A DNA stretch of 64,000 nt from Leidyana gryllorum EB-2025a (GCA_048772705.1 JBLWGC010000174.1:1-64000), one strand, 5' to 3'; shown: positions 9,302-20,458, counted from the stretch's first letter. The notes: generated by a model not told the origin, from the sequence alone. Numbers and translations: made by a program.

Positions 9302-9397
9302 ACAAACTACCCGTCATACTCGCTCAACTCGATTCTGTCTTCTCTTCTGAAGCAAAACGGCCGGTATTGTGCACGAGCTTAAACAACAACGAGTTGT

Positions 9398-9468
9398 GCA
9401 TCTGTGGTCTTGTGGTAGAATGTGTCGTTGCCACCGAGACGACCCAGGTTCGATTCCCGACAGACGCA
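9398..9468 (+). tRNA. trnG-GCC: tRNA-Gly(GCC), diverged
   Basis: Gly body with several stem mismatches. Confidence 0.6.
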
Positions 9469-9612
9469 GGAGGCACGCCTCAAACCGCCGTGGCAAATTA
9501 GCAGAGACGCTGACAAGCTTGGTCGGCACGAGGCCGGGGCAGTCTGACACTTGATGTAACAACCCCCTGAGATAGAATCGAATGTGAGTTACGCGGTGGA
9601 ACGGCGGTGATC

Positions 9613-9686
9613 GCTCCCCTAGCTCAGCTGGTTAGAGCATCGGCCTTATGTGCCGAAGGTCGAGGGTTCGATTCCCCCGGGGAGCA
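9613..9686 (+). tRNA. trnI-TAT: tRNA-Ile(TAT), intronless
   Basis: GCTCCCC..TCGGC CT TAT GT GCCGA..GGGGAGCA. Confidence 0.88.
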
Positions 9687-10355
9687 AATCAACCCAATGA
9701 CAGCCGAACGCGACCGCCGAGTAGTCCAGCATTTGACACCTATGAGTGCCCTAGCCGGGCAGGCCGACCAGGAGACTGTTTGGTCTGAAGGTATGATTTT
9801 TCCTCGCTTAAAAGAACATTGCAACTGGGTCTTGTAGCTCAGTTGGCAGAGTCTACCCCCTAACCACTCGGGCAAGTTGCCACCTGTCCAACTGGGCATC
9901 TTGCGCCCAGTGCCGTCACATACGGTTCAGCAAGCTCGACTCGGACTTCTCGCGCTGCCCGAACCTGCGGTCTCCCATCAAAAGTCTTGCGCTCTATCGA
10001 CGGACTTGGGGCGGCGACGAAGCTCGGACTTAGTAACAAATTCCATTCGTATTGATCGTTGAATCTTGGGCCTTCCTCGGGTACAGGGCGAAGCTGTATC
10101 AGAGATGCACTCACTTGGTCACGCACGGGCTCCAACCGCGGACTCAGAACTCATTAGGCTCACGCTCTGGCCGCCTGAAATACGCGACCGCTTCAGAGTT
10201 GAGGTGAACAGTCACTAGCCAAAGGAGCCGACTGATGTGTTCAGCAAAACCCCATGACTGGGATTGAAGCGGCCGCTCAGACCTTTCTGCACGGAGAAGG
10301 GGCACTACCAATTCGCACGGGATTCCCGATGGAAGGCGTAGCCCGTTCCACTCTC

Positions 10356-10437
10356 GGCAAGGTGGCCGAGTGGTTGAGGCGGCGGCCTGCTAAGCCGTTG
10401 GGTTTCACCCGCGTGAGTTCGAATCTCACCCCTGTCG
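10356..10437 (+). tRNA. trnS-GCT: tRNA-Ser(GCT)
   Basis: GCGGC CT GCT AA GCCGT, long variable arm. Confidence 0.85.
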
Positions 10438-10913
10438 GTAGCGTTCGGGAAAAAGCGCAACTGCTTTGTCCGACCCAAATCCAAGGCTCTACCCTGCGCG
10501 CTATATACAGGAGCCACTTGAAATATTTCAGAGATCAGTAGAGACCCGTGTTGCGGGAGACCTCGGACACTGCAGTCATAAGCCCAACACTCTCGCACTG
10601 AGTTCCACTACTCCAGCGTCGGATATCATGCAGGAAGCGGAAATGTGGTTCTTGAGATGCGGATCGATTTGACACCTATGAGTGCCGTAGCTGGGCAGGC
10701 CGACCAGGGGGCTGTTTGGTCTGAAGGTATGATTTCTCCTCGCTCAAAAGAACATTGCAACTGGGTCTTGTAGCTCAGTCGGCAAAGCGTGTAGCTGTTC
10801 ACCACAAAGTCGCAGTTTCGAAGCCTGGCAGTACCGGGAGCTGCGATGTCCAACTCTCTCTTAGAGGTCGCAACTCTGTATCTAACCACCGGCAGGTGCC
10901 GGCCTACTGAGTT

Positions 10914-10986
10914 TGGACAACCTGGCTATCGATCCCAGTACCTCTCGCATGCTAAGCGAGCGCTCTACCATTTGAGCTAGTCGCCC
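10914..10986 (-). tRNA. trnA-AGC: tRNA-Ala(AGC)
   Basis: Ala body, AGC. Confidence 0.78.
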
Positions 10987-11074
10987 GTTGTGCGGACCCC
11001 ATCGCATTTGTTGGTTCTCAACATAGGATGACCACTTTTTAAACTGTCTTCAGCGGGTTGCACGAATGACAGGC

Positions 11075-11146
11075 GGCTGTTTGGTCTAGTGGTATGATTC
11101 TTCCGTCGGGTGGAAGAAGTCATGGGTTCCATTCCCAAAACAGCCC
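11075..11146 (+). tRNA. trnP-CGG: tRNA-Pro(CGG), diverged
   Basis: CTTCC GT CGG GT GGAAG; T-arm variants. Confidence 0.6.
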
Positions 11147-11222
11147 GCTTTGTTGTATCTTGACCCAACCTGCCTGGCAGCATGGTTCTGGGTTCGGGTG
11201 ATTCCTCGGAGAAAGTCGGAGG

Positions 11223-11295
11223 GGGAGTGTAGCGCAGTCGGTAGCGCGTAGGTCTTATAATCCTGAAGTCGAGAGTTCGATCCTCTCCACTCCCA
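11223..11295 (+). tRNA. elongator tRNA-Met body with TAT anticodon
   Basis: matches eMet at 19185 except GGTCTTATAA vs GGTCTCATAA. Confidence 0.75.
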
Positions 11296-11473
11296 CGGTC
11301 GGAATCGAAACCGCCGACAAACTCATCATGCTACCATTTTGCAGTCGGGAATCGCACACAGGTTATCTCGATGGCAGCGGGCGATTCTTCCACTAGACCA
11401 CAGATGCAGAACACGATCTTGTAAATCTTGTACGTGGTGACAGCCATTCCTCTTAAGCCTATCGATGCAACAA

Positions 11474-11545
11474 AGCCTTCTGCCGGAATCGAACCGGCGA
11501 CTTCTCGCTTACGAAGCGAACGCTCTGCCCCTAAGCTAAGAAGGC
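11474..11545 (-). tRNA. trnT-CGT: tRNA-Thr(CGT)
   Basis: TTCGC TT CGT AA GCGAG. Confidence 0.92.
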
Positions 11546-11621
11546 AATGTAATTTGGAGATAACGAAACGATGGCTACTGACGGAGATTAGTGGAGCACT
11601 TTGCTCGAGTACTTCAATGAC

Positions 11622-11694
11622 TTCCACTGCCGGGACTTGAACCCGTATCGTGCGGGTGAGAGCCGCATATCCTAGCCACTTAAACTATAGTGGA
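11622..11694 (-). tRNA. trnE-CTC: tRNA-Glu(CTC)
   Basis: Glu body, minor variants. Confidence 0.72.
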
Positions 11695-11926
11695 CAAGTA
11701 GTCGAGTTTAGGCTTCGGCCGAGAGCCGAACCGACTCGGAAAGATTCCACCATCAATACGACTGGAATTTGTTACCAAGTCCGAGCTTTCTTGCCGCCCC
11801 AACTCCGTCGGTAGAGCGCAAGACTTTTGAAGGGAGAACCGCGGGTTCGGGCGGCGCGAGCAGTCCTAGTAAAGCTTGCTGAACCGTATGTGAAGTCACT
11901 GGCCGCAAAATGCCAAGTTCGACAGC

Positions 11927-12008
11927 GGCAACTTGCCCGAGTGGTTAAGGGGGTAGACTAGAAATCTACTGGGCCGGGCCCGCGCTGGTTCAAATCCAGC
12001 AGTTGTCG
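11927..12008 (+). tRNA. trnS-AGA: tRNA-Ser(AGA)
   Basis: GTAGA CT AGA AA TCTAC. Confidence 0.9.
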
Positions 12009-12083
12009 TGCGATGTGGTTGGAGGGTTAAACACCAACTCACGCATGAATTTCTGAATGGTGAAAAAACAACCATGTGTCCTC

Positions 12084-12154
12084 TGCATCTGCCGGGAATC
12101 GAACCCCGGTCGTCTCGATGGCAACGAGACATTCTACCACTAGACCACAGATGC
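12084..12154 (-). tRNA. trnG-GCC: tRNA-Gly(GCC)
   Basis: Gly body, GCC. Confidence 0.85.
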
Positions 12155-12327
12155 GTGACACCTTGTTGTTGAAGCTCGTACACGGTAACGGCCGTTTTCT
12201 GAACGAATGGAATGTCCGTGGCGTGTTCAGAGCGTCCGAGATAGCATAGTGGTTACTATTTTCGCATGTTACGCCTAAGAAGCGGGCCCGATTGCCGGTA
12301 AATGAGTCTGGAACGGGGGATGGTTTT

Positions 12328-12399
12328 GGGCCTATGGCGCAACGGTAGGGCGTCTGACTCCATATCAGAAGGTTGGGTGTTCGAATCACTCTGGGCTCA
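12328..12399 (+). tRNA. trnW-CCA: tRNA-Trp(CCA), variant
   Basis: TCTGA CT CCA TA TCAGA; D-stem variant. Confidence 0.72.
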
Positions 12400-12609
12400 A
12401 CCGGACTCTATGTTTTTCCCGTTTGGGGCGCAACCTGACAAAAGTGGGATTCGAACCCACAACCTTTCGGACTCCGGTCTGAGCACAGCGCCTCAGACCA
12501 CTCGGTCATCTTGCCGGGATGTTGTTGGCTCGCCGCTCCACGCGTTTTCTATCCCTGGAATCTCAAGATGGAAGGACTTTTGGGGTTTCAGGCCGGTGTG
12601 TTCGGAGCG

Positions 12610-12681
12610 TCCGAGATAGTATAGTGGTTAGTATTTCCGCCTGTCACGCGGAAGACCCGTGTTCGATTCCGGGTCTGGGAG
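12610..12681 (+). tRNA. trnD-GTC: tRNA-Asp(GTC)
   Basis: TCCGC CT GTC AC GCGGA; T-stem variants. Confidence 0.72.
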
Positions 12682-12736
12682 CACAGTTGATCTCGCTTAA
12701 GATTGTCTTTTTTGGTGCCCGCTGAAAGTTTCGAGC

Positions 12737-12808
12737 TACAGCCACCGAGGATCGAACTCGGGACCTTCGCGTGTTAAGCAGACGTCGTAACCACTAGACC
12801 ATGGCTGC
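12737..12808 (-). tRNA. trnV-AAC: tRNA-Val(AAC), 1-nt deletion
   Basis: Val body, AAC. Confidence 0.68.
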
Positions 12809-13565
12809 ATGGATGGTCCCCGCAGCCCAAGAGAAGTGGCGAAGCTTCAGGGAGTAGTGAGGACCAGTTCAAGGGTCGCGCCGGGATCGAACCCAGGTCG
12901 GAAAATCCAAAGTGTCGAGTGCTAACCACCAAGGACGCAACCGGTTCAGCCCATCCCAGAAGAGTCGGACTAGCGCTTCCTCAACTGGACACATGCAACA
13001 CGGGTCTTGTATACAGGCCCCAGCGTAAAGAGTTGGATTCGAGTCGGGCAAAAACCTCAGTTCAATCATTCAACCAGTTGCGCTCTCCCCGAATGCTACC
13101 GCCAAGGGCGAGACTCGAACTCCCGCGGGTGGAACCCAACGGCTTAGCAGGCCGCCGCCTTAACCACTCGGCCACCTTGCCGACGACATCTCTTACTCGC
13201 TGGCACTTTTTCACAACGGTTTGGGGTCCTAGTCAAGCTTGCTGAACCGTATGTGACATCACTGGCCAGGGGGTAGACTCGAAATCTACTGGGCCTGGCC
13301 CGCGCTGGTTCAAATCCAGCAGTTGTCGTGTAATGTGATCCGGCGTCAACTCCATTCGGTCGTGACTCTGTTTTCAGATACCGGAGGTGCAGCCGCTAGA
13401 AGTTTGGACGACCTGGGCATCGATCCCAGCATCTCTCGCATGCTACGCGAGTGCTACATAATTTGAGCTAGTCGCCGGCTGTGCACACCCCATAGCATTT
13501 AGTGGTTGTTGACATGTTATGACCAGTCTCCCGACTCTACCAGCAATTTGCACCACCGATCAGTC

Positions 13566-13637
13566 GGCTGTTTGGTCTAGTGGTATAATCCTTCCTTAGG
13601 GTGGAAAGAGTCCTGGGTTCGATTCCCAGAACAGCCC
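13566..13637 (+). tRNA. trnP-AGG: tRNA-Pro(AGG)
   Basis: Pro body, AGG. Confidence 0.8.
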
Positions 13638-14343
13638 TCTTGGTCGTCGATTAACTTCCGGCATCTCACCACGATTCCCTCCCACTGGAGGTAGAGGTGT
13701 GCTTTGAAAATTACTATTCCCCCTGCTGGGCTTCGGCAAACAGTGTTGATGCTCCAACCGTACTTAAACTGGCGAAGATTCCATGCATATAGTTTGGATG
13801 GGCTGGGCATCGATCCCAGTCCCTTTCGCACGTTGAGCGACCGCTCAAGCATCTTAGCTAGTCGCCTGTTGCGCAAGCCCCGTGCCATTCAGTGATCCTT
13901 TACACAGTATGATCAGTCCGGTGGGTTGCATCACCGAGTGGCTGTTTGGTCTTGTAATATGATTTTTCCTTAGGGTGAAAGTAGGTTTGGGCTCGAATCC
14001 CAGAACAGCCCAATTTGTTGTATCTTGACCCAACCTGCCTGTCAGCACGCTTCTGGATTCGGGTAATTTCCTCGGAGAAAGTCGGAGGCGGAGTGTAGCG
14101 CACTGGGTAGCGCGTAGGTCTCATAATCCTGAAGTCGAGAGTTCGATCCTCTCCACTCCCACGCTCCGTCGAGTTCAAACCGCCGACAAACTCGTCGTGC
14201 TATCTTTTTGCACTTACCCAGATTTGAAGCCGCCTCGTATCGAGCGCGTGTCGTCTCAATGGCACGGAAACGTTCGAGCCCTTGACCGCATTTATTTACA
14301 GTCCCAATGGCTTAACTCACTCTTCTGAATCTTGGTCGTGAAT

Positions 14344-14415
14344 GGTTCCGTGTTGTAGTGGTTAACACTGGAGACTTTGAATCTCCCGACCTGGGTTCGA
14401 TTCCCGGCGCGACCT
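14344..14415 (+). tRNA. trnQ-TTG: tRNA-Gln(TTG)
   Basis: GGAGA CT TTG AA TCTCC. Confidence 0.75.
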
Positions 14416-14479
14416 CGCAACTAGTCATCACTACATCTTGAAACTTCGCAACTTCTCTTGGTCTGCGGAAAGCTTTCAT

Positions 14480-14552
14480 GCAGCCATGGTCTAGTGGTTA
14501 CGACGTCTGCTTAACACGCAGAAGGTCCCGAGTTCGATCCTCGGTGGCTGTA
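14480..14552 (+). tRNA. trnV-AAC: tRNA-Val(AAC)
   Basis: TCTGC TT AAC AC GCAGA, intact. Confidence 0.92.
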
Positions 14553-14711
14553 GCTCGAACATGTGAAGTGAGCTCCACCCAAAGCGAGGAAACGTGCTGT
14601 CTTCGAGACAGGGCATCGAACCCGCGTCTTCCGCGTCTTCAACCCTAGAAGTCTTCCTTCTGAGAACTTCACGGACAGAAAACGTGTAAAGTGGCGAGCC
14701 AAGAACGCTCC

Positions 14712-14790
14712 GGCAAGATGGCCGAGTGGTCTAAGGCGCTGTGTTCAGGCCGCAGTCCGAAAGGGCTGGGTTCGAATCCCACTCTTGTCA
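14712..14790 (+). tRNA. trnL-CAG: tRNA-Leu(CAG)
   Basis: Leu body, 1-nt deletion before T-stem. Confidence 0.72.
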
Positions 14791-14860
14791 GCCGTTGTAT
14801 TGTATTGGTAGGTAGTCCTCTCTCTTCACTGATAGACAGGTCGTTCGAGCTACATACGGC

Positions 14861-14931
14861 TGCACCTGCCGGGACTCGAACCCGGGTTACTACCTTGGAA
14901 GGGTCGCATCTTACCCTTAGACCACAAGTGC
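14861..14931 (-). tRNA. trnG-TCC: tRNA-Gly(TCC)
   Basis: CGACC CT TCC AA GGTAG. Confidence 0.8.
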
Positions 14932-15081
14932 AATTGCGAAAGAGTTGCAGCACCCCGAGACACTCGGGCGATTTCTGCGCGCCACCGTCCGCCATAGACC
15001 CAAAATTGTCCACCGACTTCAAACTCATTGGCATGTGGTCAGGGATGGATTTCCAACATCTTCAACCTTCAGGTCATCTTT

Positions 15082-15153
15082 AGGGCACGCGCGGAGTTGA
15101 ACCACGGACTTGCTGATCTGCAGTCAGCTGCTCTACCACTGAGCTACGTACCC
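15082..15153 (-). tRNA. trnC-GCA: tRNA-Cys(GCA)
   Basis: intact Cys. Confidence 0.9.
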
Positions 15154-15249
15154 ACAAAATACCCGTCATACTCGCTCAACTCGATTTTGTCTTCTCATTT
15201 GAAGCAAAACGGCCGTTATTGTGCACGAGCTTGAACAACAACGAGTGAT

Positions 15250-15320
15250 GCATCTGTGGTCTAGTGGTAGAATGTCTCGTTGCCATCGAGACGATCCGCG
15301 TTCGATTCCCGCCAGATGCA
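15250..15320 (+). tRNA. trnG-GCC: tRNA-Gly(GCC)
   Basis: Gly body, T-stem variants. Confidence 0.7.
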
Positions 15321-15812
15321 GAGGACATAGACAGACATACATGATTTAGTGCCCATCAGACACTGGCGGACAGCTGTAGCACTCGCAGGGACATATGTGA
15401 CGGCGCAGCGCCGAATGGGCGTGGATCCCAATCCCATCCTTGTCAGGATAGAACTCGGGATTTTCTTTCCTGCGTGTGTCGTAAGCAGTAGACCATGGCT
15501 GTACGGAGCTTCCGGGCCGTGAACGGGGCGTATGTCTTTCGAAACACGTATCCGATGAGCCTCACAGAAGTTGGACGGCCTGGAGTAGCTCATTTAGAGA
15601 GCATCTAACGCTCCTGTTACATTTCATCCTGATTGATGCCCCACTGCCTTGATAGCTACTTGCAGATTATCCGAGTCGTCTAGTGGTTGGGACAGCAAGC
15701 TGTGGCCGTGCGCAGCCAGGCTCGATTCCCGGCTCGGCCCATATGTCTCCGGTGTCTCGAATGGAACTCTCTCTTGATGGTTATACACTTTCATTCGACG
15801 GCTCCGTTGATT

Positions 15813-15885
15813 GGCCCTATGGCCTAATGGATATGGCATCGGTCTACGGAACCGGGGATTCTGGGTTCGAGTCCCACTGGCGTCT
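15813..15885 (+). tRNA. trnR-ACG: tRNA-Arg(ACG)
   Basis: Arg body, ACG. Confidence 0.75.
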
Positions 15886-16227
15886 GGGCGAATGGCCGGG
15901 TTGCAGCCTCGCCTGTTGAGTCAACAACTCAGATCCTGTCTTGGCTGTCAGGGACAGTGTGCGGGATGGGTCGAGGTGCCGTGTTGGGTCAACAACTATC
16001 AGACGGGCTGTTCTGGATATTAAACCAGGACTTCTTCCACCCGAAACAAGTGCATACCACTAGACCAAACAGCCGCCTATCGGTGGTGCAAGCCGCCGAT
16101 AGAGATGCTTTAGGAAGTGAGCACCCCCGGCCGTACAACTTCTTCGGGGCTGGAGGCCGATACACCGCACCCAGACGACAGTCGCAACGGAAGCCGTTTG
16201 CACGCTGAAACTCAGAAGGGAAGTAAC

Positions 16228-16311
16228 GCACAGATGCCCGAGTGGTCTAAGGGGCCAGACTCAAGTTCTGGTAGGCGCAAGTCTGCATGGGTTCGAATCC
16301 CATTCTGTGCA
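16228..16311 (+). tRNA. trnL-CAA: tRNA-Leu(CAA)
   Basis: intact Leu(CAA). Confidence 0.92.
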
Positions 16312-16723
16312 ACGGTGATCATTACCAAAAATAGGCTGGAAAAGGCCACAGTAGATTCGAGTCTCCATCCGTATATCCGGTTGTATGCATCCAAGTATTC
16401 GGCTGTTGTTCTGGATCCTTCCTTGGGGTGGAAGGAGTCCTGGGTTCGATTCCCAGAACAGCCCTCTTGGTCGTCGGTTGACCCGACGGGACAAGTTGCC
16501 CTCAGAACCAACACAGCATTTCATTAGCCCACTTCGGTAGGGCAGTCAGGGCAACTAACATCTCGAGAATTGCATTTCGGCTATTTCTTCCATGTTGCAG
16601 ACTGAGCACTGTAGCTCAGTGAAAAGTGTTGAGCTCATAATCCAAAGGTCCGTCAACGAAACGACGCACTCCTAAGTGTGCGCAGAAGGGGAACCGTTAT
16701 AGCATAGATTGCCTCGCGAGCAA

Positions 16724-16795
16724 AGCCTTCTGCCGGAATCGAACCGGCGACCTTTCGCTTACTAAGCGAATGCTCTGCCCCTAAGCTAAGAAGGC
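16724..16795 (-). tRNA. trnT-AGT: tRNA-Thr(AGT)
   Basis: intact Thr(AGT). Confidence 0.92.
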
Positions 16796-17025
16796 ATTCG
16801 CTGTCTCGATCCATATGAGGGTTTGATGCTGGGAATAGCATCATTTCCACCACAGAATTCATGCGTGAGTTGGTGTCTGACCCCTCCAATCACATCGCAC
16901 GACAACTGCTGGATCTGCACTAGTTCCTCACTCGGGCAAGTTGGCAACTGTCGATTCCGTCATGTGGCGAGAGACATACAGCCGCGGTAAGTGCTTATTT
17001 TCACCGCCTTCCATGACTACCTACC

Positions 17026-17098
17026 GCCTCGGTAGCTCAGTTGGGAGAGCGCCAGACTGAAGATCTGGAAGTCCCATGTTCGATCCACGGCCGAGGCA
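17026..17098 (+). tRNA. trnF-GAA: tRNA-Phe(GAA)
   Basis: Phe body, one T-stem mismatch. Confidence 0.88.
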
Positions 17099-17371
17099 GA
17101 GACGTTGTGACATTTGGTGTCACTATCTCAAGTGTCCTCAGCGGTTTGCACGACCGACAGGCGGCTGTTTGGTCTAGTGGTATGATTCTTCTTTCGGGTG
17201 GGAGAAGGCCTGTGTTCGACTCCCAGAAGAGCCCGTCTGATAGTTGTTGACTGAATGCCACGTCTCTCCAAGGTCGGCTACCATACGCGGCTCCCACTCG
17301 TATAATCCCGGATGAAGTCCAGACCAGCTGAGACAAAATCGGAGTTGCACCAGTTGTGAGGGCTGGAACTG

Positions 17372-17443
17372 CTCCGAGACCGGGAATCGAACCCGGGTCT
17401 TCCGCGTGACAGGCGGAAATACTGACCACTATACTATCTCGGA
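17372..17443 (-). tRNA. trnD-GTC: tRNA-Asp(GTC)
   Basis: intact Asp. Confidence 0.92.
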
Positions 17444-17605
17444 CGCTAGTAAACACGCCGGCCTCCAACCCCAGAACTCCTCGCATTTTGAGATTTCACG
17501 GACAGGAAACGGGTAACACTTCGGCAAGATGGCCGAGTGCTGTGTGCAAGCCGCCGTCCGAAAATGCGGGCGGATGATCGCAACCATGTTTAGGCTAATG
17601 ACTGA

Positions 17606-17677
17606 AGCCTCCTGCCGGAATCGAACCAGCGACCTTTCGCTTACAAAGCGAATGCTCTGCCCCTAAGCTAAGGAGGC
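17606..17677 (-). tRNA. trnT-TGT: tRNA-Thr(TGT)
   Basis: TTCGC TT TGT AA GCGAA; compensated acceptor GCCTCCT/AGGAGGC. Confidence 0.9.
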
Positions 17678-18140
17678 ATTCCCTGTCTCGAACTTCTCGC
17701 GCTGCCCGAACCTGCGGTCTCCCATCAAAAGTCTTGCGCTCTACCGACGGACTTGGGGCGGCGACGAAGCTCGGACTTAGTAACAAAATTCCATTCGTAT
17801 TGATCGTTGCATCTTGGGCCTTCCTCGGGTACAGGGCGAAGCTGTATCAGAGATGCACTCACTTGGTCACGCCCGGACTCCAACCGGGGACTCAGAACTT
17901 ATTAGGCTCACGCTATGGCCGCCTGAAATACGCGACCGCTTCAGAGTTGAGGTCAACAGTCACTAGCCGAAGGAGCCGACTGATGTGTTCAGCAAAGCCT
18001 TATGATTGGTACTGAACCGGCCACTCCGATCTTCGTCCACCCCGCCAAGCAGTCATTCCAAAGGCAAATACTGACATCGACAAGGCGCACTACCAATTCG
18101 CACGGGATTCCCGATGGAATGTGTAGCCCGTTTCACTGTC

Positions 18141-18222
18141 GGCAAGGTGGCCGAGTGGTTAAGGCGGCGACCTGCTAAGCCGTTGGGTTTCACCCGCGTG
18201 AGTTCGAATCTCACCCTTGTCG
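18141..18222 (+). tRNA. trnS-GCT: tRNA-Ser(GCT)
   Basis: Ser(GCT) body. Confidence 0.85.
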
Positions 18223-18403
18223 GTTGCATTTGAGAAAAAGCGCAACTGCTTCAAGGATTTAAGTGAGCTTTCTGTCCCACCCAAATCGAACGCCTACGCT
18301 GGGCGCTTTATACAGGAGCGACTTAAAATATTTCAGAGGTCAGTAGAGACCCGTGTTGCGTGTGTCCAGTTGAGGAACAGACTCTTCTGGGATGGGCTGA
18401 GCC

Positions 18404-18475
18404 GGTTGCGTCGTATAGTGGTTAGCACTGGAGACTTTGAATCTCCCGACCTGGGTTCGATTCCCGGCAGATGCA
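18404..18475 (+). pseudogene. chimeric tRNA: Gln(TTG) body + Gly(GCC) 3' acceptor strand
   Basis: GGTTGCG..TTG..GGTTCGATTCCCGG|CAGATGCA. Confidence 0.8.
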
Positions 18476-19184
18476 GACATAGCACATGGCTGATTCACTA
18501 GAATTCTACGCCGTTGAACACCAGTGCCAATTAAACACTGGCGGACAGCTGTAGCACTCGCAGGGACATATGTGACGGCGCAGCGGAGAATGGGCGTGGA
18601 TCCAAATCCCATCCTTGTCAGGATAGAACTCGGGACCTTCTTTCCTGCGTGTGGAGCAGACGTCGTAAGCAGTAGACCATGGCTGTACGGAGCTTCCGGG
18701 CCGTGAAAGGGGCGTATCCGATGAGCCTCACAGAAGTTGGACGGCCTGGAGTAGCTCATTTGGAGAGCATCTAACGCTCCTGTTACATTTCATCCTGATT
18801 GATGCCCCACTGCCTTGATAGCTACTTGCAGATTATCCGAGTCGTCTAGTGGTTGGGACAGCAAGTTGTGGCCGTGCGAAGCCAGGCTCAATTCCCGGCT
18901 CGGCCAATATGTCTCCGGTGTCTCTAATGGAACTTTCTCTTGATGGCTACACACTTTCATTCGACGGCTCCGTTGATTGGCGCTATGGCCTAATGGATAT
19001 GGCAGCGGTCTACGGAACTTGGGATTCTGGGTTCGAGTCCCAGTAGCGTCTGGGCGAGCGGTCGGGTTCCAGCCCCTCACAATTGCTGCAACTCAGTTTT
19101 TATCTCAGCTGGCTGTCCTTGCTGTGGACAGCATCCCCGTGCACCCTTTTGACAGGAGGAGATACATCGAGAGAAGTTCCATTG

Positions 19185-19257
19185 GGGAGTGTAGCGCAGT
19201 CGGTAGCGCGTAGGTCTCATAATCCTGAAGTCGAGAGTTCGATCCTCTCCACTCCCA
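19185..19257 (+). tRNA. trnM-CAT: elongator tRNA-Met(CAT)
   Basis: GGGAGTG..TAGGT CT CAT AA TCCTG..CACTCCCA. Confidence 0.92.
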
Positions 19258-19606
19258 CGGTTGGAATCGGAACCACGGGTTATCTCGATGGCAGCGAGAG
19301 ACTCTTCCACACCACAGATGCGTAACACCTTGTTGTTGGAGCTCGTACACAATAACGGCCGTTTTGCTTCGAATGAGAAGACAGGGTCAAGTTGAGCGAG
19401 TATGAGAGCCAGCTCGTGGGTACGTAACTCAGTGGTAGAGCAGTTGACTGCAGATCAGCAAGTCCGTGGTTCAACTTCGCGCGTGCCGTGAAGTTGAGAT
19501 GAAACGCTGGAAGATGTCAAACCAACATTCCTGACCACAAAGGGTTGCAGAATCCTGCGCTAGAAAGAGGAAAGTCTCTATATTATCCTCTGAAACATTG
19601 TAGCTG

Positions 19607-19679
19607 GGTCTTGTAGCTCAGTCGGCAGAGCGTGTGGCTGTTAACCACAAAGTCGCAGGTTCGAAACCTGCCAGGACCG
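19607..19679 (+). tRNA. trnN-GTT: tRNA-Asn(GTT)
   Basis: intact Asn. Confidence 0.92.
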
Positions 19680-19780
19680 CTTTCAGAGGCACCCTAAACA
19701 TTGACTGCCCTGCTCTCGCAATGGCACCGTGGTCTGCGACCCTTCAGAGTGACTCCCGCCACGTGTAGCCATACGCACTT

Positions 19781-19853
19781 TGGACGACCTGGGCATCGAT
19801 CCCAGTACCTCTCGCATGCTAAGCGAGCGCTCTACCATTTGAGCTAGTCGCCC
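19781..19853 (-). tRNA. trnA-AGC: tRNA-Ala(AGC)
   Basis: intact Ala(AGC), G3:U70. Confidence 0.92.
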
Positions 19854-19913
19854 ATCCGCACTACATGGAAGACCTATTGCATCCAGTGGCTGACCGACTG
19901 CCCACACAACGGC

Positions 19914-19993
19914 TGTCAAGAGTGGGATTCGAACCCACGCCGTTTCGGACTGCGGCCTGAACACAGCGCCTTGGACCACTCGGCCATCTTGCC
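19914..19993 (-). tRNA. trnL-CAG: tRNA-Leu(CAG)
   Basis: Leu body, CAG. Confidence 0.8.
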
Positions 19994-20213
19994 GAAATGT
20001 TGTTGGCTCGCCGCTCCACGCGTTTTCTATCCGTGGAATCTCAAAATAGAAGAACTTCTGGGGTTGGGGACCAGCGTATCCAGAGCGTCCGAGATAGTAT
20101 AGCGGTTAGTATTTCCGCCTATCACCCGGAAAACCAAGATCGATTCCCGGTCTCGGAGCACAGTTGGTTGCGCTTAGGATTGTTTCTTTCGGATCTCGCT
20201 GAAAGTTCCGAGC

Positions 20214-20286
20214 TACTGCCACCGAGGATCGGACTCGGGACCTTCTGCGTGTGAAGCAGACGTCGTGACCACTAGACCATGGCTGC
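20214..20286 (-). tRNA. trnV-CAC: tRNA-Val(CAC), variant
   Basis: Val body, T-loop/acceptor variants. Confidence 0.65.
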
Positions 20287-20386
20287 ACGGAGCCTGCGGA
20301 CTGGGAAAAAGGCGTGTGTCTCTGGAAACACGTATCAGCGCTAGTCCGGATGGCTCTACCAACTCTTTTTTGGGAAGGACTGAATG

Positions 20387-20458
20387 GGTTGCGTGGTGTA
20401 GTGGTTAGCACTGGTGACTCTGAATCTCCCGACCTGCGTTCGATTCCCGGCGCGACCT
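20387..20458 (+). tRNA. trnQ-CTG: tRNA-Gln(CTG)
   Basis: Gln body, CTG. Confidence 0.72.

Larger units (their letters stand above)
8655..10830. repeat. ~2.2-kb block present inverted at ~29085-31254 and ~52755-54925
   Basis: near-identical reverse-complement sequence; mirrored ORF translations (coordinate sum ~39909). Confidence 0.9.

Noticed and set aside
9613-9686. G37 in Ile(TAT) as a novelty
   Set aside because: To my recollection G37 also occurs in intronless Ile(TAT) genes of other eukaryotes such as plants, so it is not claimed as unusual.
17272-17330. Possible 5S rRNA start (GTCGGCTACCATAC..)
   Set aside because: Similarity ends after ~14 nt; no 5S internal control region or helices recognised.
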